The notes under the pieces are model-generated. The model saw nothing but the letters and a program-made list of their open reading frames with translations, did not search any database and had not been told where the DNA came from. Shown piece after piece: positions 58,157 through 64,000 of a DNA stretch of 64,000 nt. This DNA is from a virus. The number at the start of each line of letters is the position of its first letter. Within the stretch, counting starts at the first letter, position 1. Location: positions 32,001 to 96,000 of the IMG/VR virus record IMGVR_UViG_3300023179_000040; one strand, given 5' to 3'. The translations under genes and the position numbers were made by a program.

Positions 58157-58564
58157 TTACTTTAGTTCTCTTTGTGCATTCTGCAAATATTTAGTACTCT
58201 TTGTTCTAAGAAACTCTATATACTGATTAAAAACATATTCAGATACTTCTGTGAATACTTCTTCACTTTTACAAATCTTATTCAAAAAAGAGTTTTGGTT
58301 TTTGTCTCTAACAGGATTAGTATCAATAGGATTGATGATATTTTTATTCGGATCTGTTTTAATATAAAATCTATATTGTAGAGGACTATTAAAGGCTTTA
58401 CCTTTTTTATTTTTAGTACATTTTGCGAATACTAGGCTGTTCTCTATATTAACTCTGGGATAGGATAAGTCATCTATAAATTCTTCTTTACCAGATATAG
58501 TATAAAGCTTAGTTTCAAAGCTAGTTTGATGCTGTATATTGAATTGATCCCTGTTTATTTGCAT
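58157..58564 (-). CDS. Hypothetical protein, paralogue of 57135-57554
   Basis: Shared motifs as above. Confidence 0.6.
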   Translation of the reverse strand: MQINRDQFNIQHQTSFETKLYTISGKEEFIDDLSYPRVNIENSLVFAKCTKNKKGKAFNSPLQYRFYIKTDPNKNIINPIDTNPVRDKNQNSFLNKICKSEEVFTEVSEYVFNQYIEFLRTKSTKYLQNAQRELK

Positions 58565-58568
58565 AGCA

Positions 58569-59153
58569 TTATCCGAAATATGATGGTGGTATATACATTA
58601 ACCATTCTTGTGGAATGTCATGTCTTATAGTAGATAGGTGATAGGACACAGGCAAGTATTTAAGATTTTTTTGTGGACACACTGGGATACTTAATAAGGG
58701 CATATTAGCTTGCTTTGGCGTCTTATTGTCCTTTTTTCTATTACAGTCTACACATGCAGTTACTATATTAGTCCAACAAGTTGGTGATGATATATTAAAA
58801 TTCCATTTAGATTTTGGTATAACATGATCATATGTTAATTTACTAATGTCTTTTTTAATACCGCAATATTGACAGGTATAATTATCTCTAATAAAAATAT
58901 TTTTACGAGAAAAATTTACACGTTGAAAATTGAGTTTGAAATATTTACAAGTTCTCATAACACAAGGAATTGGGTATCTCTTATTATTTGTTCCAATAAT
59001 ATAATCGTCTTTATAGAAATCCATAACTTCTATATCTCTATGAGATCCATTTTCATACTTTAAACTCCAAACAACTGCTCTTCTCCAATCTATTATACCT
59101 AATGGAGAATAATCAGCGTTTAGAACTAAGCATCTATTGTTTTCCTGTTTCAT
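58569..59153 (-). CDS. HNH endonuclease
   Basis: LVLNADYSPL, RDNYTCQYCG, TYDHVIP, NIVTACVDCNRKK. Confidence 0.9.
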   Translation of the reverse strand: MKQENNRCLVLNADYSPLGIIDWRRAVVWSLKYENGSHRDIEVMDFYKDDYIIGTNNKRYPIPCVMRTCKYFKLNFQRVNFSRKNIFIRDNYTCQYCGIKKDISKLTYDHVIPKSKWNFNISSPTCWTNIVTACVDCNRKKDNKTPKQANMPLLSIPVCPQKNLKYLPVSYHLSTIRHDIPQEWLMYIPPSYFG

Positions 59154-61089
59154 TTTCGTAAGAATCTAACCTGCTAATAATTTTACCTATAATAGGATTT
59201 CTAACAATATCGCTATTATTTAGTACAGCCAATCCTATGCCATCGATACCATGAAGAGCTTCTATCATATTATAGAAACCTCCTTGCATATGTCTATGCA
59301 AATCCGATTGGCTAGTATCTCCTGTTAATATCATTTTACTATTATTGCCTATTCTTGTTAGTAACATTTTTAGTTGATCATAAGATGCATTCTGACATTC
59401 ATCAGCAACGATAAAAGCATTATGAAAATTACGACCTCTCATTAAACCTAAAGGAACAATTTCAATTCTGTTATTTGTCTTTAATGATGTGTATTCAGCC
59501 ATAGAGATAAAATGATTAATTTCATCTAATAATGGTAATAGGTATGGGTGTAATTTTTCTTCTGCTGTATTATGAGTTACAATATAATTATCAGTAATAT
59601 ATAAGTGTTCTGGATGTTCGACTCTAATACACTGTACAGGTTTGGCTACTGTCTCAACTATATCACAAATACCGATACCATGCATAAAATTATTTTTATA
59701 TTTATTAGCCTTTCTAGATATATAAAATGGATTCATATCATTGGGCAAAGTAATCGTGAATTCATAACTAATATGTCTAGCTGTTATTATTCTATTTGTT
59801 TTTTTAAGTACGGATGTCCTACCTCTACGATTTATAGATCTCAATTTGGCTCTACCTCCAAGAGATTGTACTAATTCTATCACATCTTGAGCCAATTGTT
59901 TGGATGTAGTACAGAAAGAAGCCTCTCCGGTCTTCTCTTTAACGCTACCATCTGTATCCATGAGTCCTCTAAGTAACTCTAATCTATCTGTAATCGATGA
60001 ATATTTATAGATGTTTGGAATAGATTTATGTATAGCTCTCTTACCTAGAATACCAAGATTATATATAATTTCTTTGGCCGGATTAGTATATTTTTTATTG
60101 GTGTTTTCAAAAGAATACTGAAGACCTTCTACACAAGACGATCTTCTACATCTAGCTTGTAAAGTATTATTATTTATTGCTAGGTTTTGAGAAGCCACTC
60201 CTACGGAGCTATACTTAGCAATATCGCCAGTATGTGTATTTATTACACAAACCCCTTTGGCTGTTTTTTTATTATATAGATTGGATCTAATATTATAGGA
60301 TATCCTATTTGGCGACTGTTTGACACAATAACATCCTATAAGGGACATCTCTGTATTAACCTTCTCTATCAGCTCATTGTCTGTATTAGAGAAAGTAATA
60401 CTATTAGATAGGCTACCATCTCCCAAAAGAACCCCTAGAGAATACGGAGCCATAGGTAATTTTTGTTGAATAAACTGCACCGGTTCATTTCTTGGTAAAA
60501 AATGATTAATTTTATTTTTATTGTTTAATAAAGACAAGGATATTTCTTTTGTTGTTTTGACGGATCCTTTCTTATTTCTTTTTTTATCAGAGGCTGTTTG
60601 AGTAAACCACAGATGATCTTCACAACATTCTGTGCTTCTACCGTCTGTGGTGGTGATCCTGTATACTTGCTTTATGCCTTTTGGAAAAACTCCTACTACT
60701 TTAGTAGGTAGTCCGTCTCGACCAATTACCATATCTCCGAGTTTGATATCTCCCATTAATACCCATCCAGATGGAGTTAGTATTTTTGCATCCAGCGGTT
60801 GTGGTCCTGGTAAATATCCTATTTTTTCACCGGACTCTACTACTGGTCTAGTAATAATAATTTTCTTAACTTTATTATCTAATAAATACTCTAGTGCCAT
60901 GCCGATAGCTATGTGACTTTTCCCTGATCCTGCAACACCTTGACAAAATGTTATGGTGTTTTCGGCTACTGTTCTGATATATTCTTTTTGATTTTCACTT
61001 CTGGGTTTTAATTGATTTCTGTATAATTGAGGAGCTTGTAATTCTTTTGTAGCATCTATAACCTTCTTCTTTTTATTATTTTTTCTCAA
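59134..61089 (-). CDS. phoH: PhoH-family ATPase, intein-containing
   Basis: GVAGSGKS, RPVVE, GYLPG|TAEEK, MRGR, DECQN, TRIG, GDTSQSD. Confidence 0.92.
   Translation of the reverse strand: MRKNNKKKKVIDATKELQAPQLYRNQLKPRSENQKEYIRTVAENTITFCQGVAGSGKSHIAIGMALEYLLDNKVKKIIITRPVVESGEKIGYLPGPQPLDAKILTPSGWVLMGDIKLGDMVIGRDGLPTKVVGVFPKGIKQVYRITTTDGRSTECCEDHLWFTQTASDKKRNKKGSVKTTKEISLSLLNNKNKINHFLPRNEPVQFIQQKLPMAPYSLGVLLGDGSLSNSITFSNTDNELIEKVNTEMSLIGCYCVKQSPNRISYNIRSNLYNKKTAKGVCVINTHTGDIAKYSSVGVASQNLAINNNTLQARCRRSSCVEGLQYSFENTNKKYTNPAKEIIYNLGILGKRAIHKSIPNIYKYSSITDRLELLRGLMDTDGSVKEKTGEASFCTTSKQLAQDVIELVQSLGGRAKLRSINRRGRTSVLKKTNRIITARHISYEFTITLPNDMNPFYISRKANKYKNNFMHGIGICDIVETVAKPVQCIRVEHPEHLYITDNYIVTHNTAEEKLHPYLLPLLDEINHFISMAEYTSLKTNNRIEIVPLGLMRGRNFHNAFIVADECQNASYDQLKMLLTRIGNNSKMILTGDTSQSDLHRHMQGGFYNMIEALHGIDGIGLAVLNNSDIVRNPIIGKIISRLDSYENETGKQ
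59569..60804 (-). mobile_element. Class 3-type intein (Pro1) with LAGLIDADG endonuclease in PhoH
   Basis: PQPLDAKILTP...HLW...LGVLLGDG...LRGLMDTDG...VQCI...VTHN|T; removal restores GYLPG-TAEEK; 412 aa. Confidence 0.88.
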
Positions 61090-61137
61090 TTGTTACCCTT
61101 TGCTTATAGAGTTATGTATACCAATTATACATTGATA

Positions 61138-61145
61138 TATACACC
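61138..61145 (-). promoter_or_regulatory. Putative phage promoter motif GGTGTATA upstream of phoH
   Basis: Same motif as in the + arm intergenic gaps, 49 nt before the start. Confidence 0.5.
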
Positions 61146-61150
61146 ATACT

Positions 61151-61516
61151 CTATATAACATAAGGTTTCAGATTTGGAGATTTCCAGTTATCTGGTTTCA
61201 AAACTTTTCCATCTGCTCGTTTTTTAACCTTGCCAGTTTCTGGATCAATTTTTGCAAAGTTTGTTTTCATAACTTCATCCCATGCAGCTTCTCCGTTAGC
61301 CCCCATACTGTTAATAGCACCAGCAGTAACAACTAAGATATCTATTAAAGCATCCAAAATTTCTACTCTATCATTATTATCGAAAGCTTCTTGAAGCTCT
61401 TGAGTTTCTTCTTTAATTAGATTATGATACATTTCTAATTGGGGTGCGTTCCACTCACACACTGTTTGATCGCAAGCCACCATAAATCTTATTTGATCAT
61501 CAAATACATTTCCCAT
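61151..61516 (-). CDS. MazG-like / PRA-PH NTP pyrophosphohydrolase
   Basis: LIKEETQEL...EILDALIDILVV...N..K...DGKVLKP. Confidence 0.85.
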   Translation of the reverse strand: MGNVFDDQIRFMVACDQTVCEWNAPQLEMYHNLIKEETQELQEAFDNNDRVEILDALIDILVVTAGAINSMGANGEAAWDEVMKTNFAKIDPETGKVKKRADGKVLKPDNWKSPNLKPYVI

Positions 61517-61538
61517 ATATAATCCTTTTTAAAAATGA

Positions 61539-64000
61539 CTAAGACTCACAACTGCTACAGGTTAAAATACTTCGTGCCAACTCTTGAGCTGGATTTGAGC
61601 TTCTTTGGTAATAAAATGTCTTTATCCCATTCTCCCATCCGTATATTAATAAGTCGCTAACATCTTTTGCTGGACAATTCGGTGGAATCATCATATTAAG
61701 AGAAACGGCCTGATCTATATATTTTTGTCTTTGAATATTTTGAATAACAATTTCTTTCTGACTAATCTCACCAAAGGTTTTGAATACATCTTTTTCTTCC
61801 TGTGTTAAGCATTCTAAATGTTGTACGCTTCCTCCTCTGACTAATATATCTTTCCAAACTTGTTCGGTATCATGATTTTTGTCTTTTAATATCTTTTTGA
61901 GATATGGATTTTTATATGTGAAACTACCTTTAGCTAATTTTTTAACAAAATAGTTACTATTAAGTGGTTCTATACTAGGACTAACTTGGCCCAATATAAA
62001 TGAACTACTGGTTGTTGGAGCAACTGCAAGAGTGGTGATATTACGTCTATGATAACCTTTTAATAATTCTGGTTCACCCAATAATTTAGCTAGATCTATT
62101 GATGCTTTATCTGCTCGTGATTTTATAGTTTTCCATATTTCGACATTTAAGCTTTTAGCCATCATGGATTCAAAAGATATCATCTTGGATTGTAGCAGAG
62201 AGTGCCACCCTAGTACACCCATGCCTAATGCTCGTTGATTCTTGGCAAAGTTATGAGCGGCTGACATAAATTTACTATTATGAGTTTTGCGAATAAACTC
62301 CTCATTCACAGCATCTAGAAAATAAATCAATGTTTCTATAGCATCTGTTTCCTTAATCTCGTCCCAGTGCAATAAATTCAGAGAAGATAGTACACAAACA
62401 AAACTATTATTTTCGTCAGAATTGAGCGTGATCTCTGAACAGTTGTGTGTGATTATCCCATTACAAATCCATAAATGCTCAGGACTATCTACTTTACAAC
62501 AATAAACATCTTCTTTGCCGACATATTCTATATTTACTATTTTATAGAATTTCTTAGTATTATTACGATATTGTCTATTTTCTAGCACAATTCCTTTTCT
62601 ATCTAAAAACCCAGTATGTTTATTAAATATAATAGCATCATTTTTATTACCAATAATTAATCTCCAACAATCTTTAGTATTATAAAATTTATAACCTCCT
62701 TTACCATCAGGTAAATATTGTTTTCCTGCTTTTCTTAATATTCTAATCGAAGATTGCATACCTAAATTTGCTAATAATAACTGTATTTGCTGCAAAAATT
62801 CTTTGTTAATATTAGCTAATGATATTGATATAGGTTTTCCAAGGGATTGGGCGTTAAAAGCTGTACCATCTGAGTAATATAATCCTTTTATATATTCCCA
62901 TTGTGTTTTTTCATTAGATTCCCATATCCAGCTAGGAACAGAACCCTTTTGAAAATTTAGGCTTTTCTTTAGAGCTTTACTACATAGTCGTTTTTTTTGA
63001 ATTTTACTTTGATTTACAACACAAGTATTAAATTTTGCATTATCATATAATCTATTATTTTTAGCAGAGTATTGTGTTGTGTATTTTTTACATACATAGT
63101 CGTGGTATGACTGAACTGTTTCTAATAAATCAAAATCTTTTTCCCAAAGATCTATCATAATTTGGTCTTTGTATTGTGTACCATCAGCTTGATACAAACC
63201 TAATAAAAAGGCTTCTCGGCGCATATTTTTAGTGCCAAAAATACCCCTATTTGTTTGTATAGCTACCTTATCTCCTATTTTTAGATTTTCACATTCTATA
63301 TTTTTTGTGCGTACTGTCCATTTATTAGTTGAAACACTCCGCTCCGAGTAATCAAAAATACAAACTTTATGATACTTAGTTATAGTATGAGTCATTCCGT
63401 TATCAAGAGTAATTCTGTAAACATCTGCATTTTTTTCAATTAATTGCATAGGAGAAGCATTTACTTGTTTATTATTATCAAATAACATAAGCTTATCTCC
63501 AATATCATGCAATTCCTTAGCTGTTAATAGACCAAAATTAGAAACAACTCTCTGATCTCCTGTAACACACAAATTACTACTTTTTATTTTGAGTCTTTTA
63601 TCTTTATATGCTTGAGGAGCATTATTATTTACATTATCACTAAACATAATGTATGGATATCCAGTTTGGAATCTTTTTTGAATAATTTTTGCCCAAATTT
63701 TTCTTTTATCTTTATCGCCAGATACCATATCTTTCATCCAATCGTCAGATATAGTAACTCCTATACTCATATTTTGAATAGGATGTCCTTCTGATCTTAT
63801 TTGTAAGAATTCCTCTACGTCTGGATGCTCCACTGGTAAATAAGCAGCAAATGATCCTCTTCTAGCAGAACCCTGAGAAACTACTTCCGCAACCTTATCG
63901 AATAATTCCATAAAGTGAACCGGGCCACTGCTTTCTCCACCAACACTTATTTTTGCACCGCGTGGTCTGAGGTCACCAAAGTAACCGCTAGTACCGCCAC
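61539..64000 (-). CDS. nrdA: Class I ribonucleotide reductase alpha subunit, intein-containing, 5'-truncated
   Basis: Frame open past the window end (GGTSGYFG); RRGSFAAYL, SNL|CSEI, APTTSSS, DQAVSLN, KTFYY, terminal CSSC. Confidence 0.92.
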   Translation of the reverse strand, partial: GGTSGYFGDLRPRGAKISVGGESSGPVHFMELFDKVAEVVSQGSARRGSFAAYLPVEHPDVEEFLQIRSEGHPIQNMSIGVTISDDWMKDMVSGDKDKRKIWAKIIQKRFQTGYPYIMFSDNVNNNAPQAYKDKRLKIKSSNLCVTGDQRVVSNFGLLTAKELHDIGDKLMLFDNNKQVNASPMQLIEKNADVYRITLDNGMTHTITKYHKVCIFDYSERSVSTNKWTVRTKNIECENLKIGDKVAIQTNRGIFGTKNMRREAFLLGLYQADGTQYKDQIMIDLWEKDFDLLETVQSYHDYVCKKYTTQYSAKNNRLYDNAKFNTCVVNQSKIQKKRLCSKALKKSLNFQKGSVPSWIWESNEKTQWEYIKGLYYSDGTAFNAQSLGKPISISLANINKEFLQQIQLLLANLGMQSSIRILRKAGKQYLPDGKGGYKFYNTKDCWRLIIGNKNDAIIFNKHTGFLDRKGIVLENRQYRNNTKKFYKIVNIEYVGKEDVYCCKVDSPEHLWICNGIITHNCSEITLNSDENNSFVCVLSSLNLLHWDEIKETDAIETLIYFLDAVNEEFIRKTHNSKFMSAAHNFAKNQRALGMGVLGWHSLLQSKMISFESMMAKSLNVEIWKTIKSRADKASIDLAKLLGEPELLKGYHRRNITTLAVAPTTSSSFILGQVSPSIEPLNSNYFVKKLAKGSFTYKNPYLKKILKDKNHDTEQVWKDILVRGGSVQHLECLTQEEKDVFKTFGEISQKEIVIQNIQRQKYIDQAVSLNMMIPPNCPAKDVSDLLIYGWENGIKTFYYQRSSNPAQELARSILTCSSCES
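62442..63569 (-). mobile_element. Intein with LAGLIDADG endonuclease in NrdA
   Basis: CVTGD...TKYHK...LGLYQADG...IKGLYYSDG...DVYC...ITHN|C; inserted immediately before the thiyl-radical Cys; 376 aa. Confidence 0.9.

Noticed and set aside
1-64000. Genome-wide stop-codon reassignment (TAG or TGA)
   Set aside because: Genes over 2000 aa and conserved enzymes read intact in code 11 and tile tightly; only one TAG (20805) has a coding-like continuation.

Overview
AT-rich, densely coding 64 kb fragment of a large (jumbo-type) tailed dsDNA phage, organised as two convergent arms that meet at ~36430. The + arm (1-36432) is a virion/tail module. It holds the C-terminal part of a very long tape-measure-like protein carrying EF-hand and SHD1-like domains, then a run of Cys-rich, Pro/Thr-linker fibre/adhesin genes (one with a circularly permuted FGE-sulfatase-type domain), then three large tail/baseplate genes. 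The - arm (36425-64000) is a DNA metabolism module: intein-containing class I RNR alpha, MazG-like protein, intein-containing PhoH, HNH, RecA, DnaB, primase, dNMP kinase, RecB/Cas4-like nuclease, a DnaE split into two genes around a DEDDh exonuclease, SSB, a glycosyltransferase-like cluster and a Rad52-like protein. Most notable: three different fibre genes share 174-188 bp perfectly identical Pro/Thr-linker DNA, and one carries a GC-rich, foreign-looking tip domain, suggesting linker-mediated domain shuffling. A recurrent RGTGTATW motif looks like a phage promoter, and the domain content hints at a Planctomycetota/PVC host. All functional calls come from motif recognition by eye; no database searches were run.
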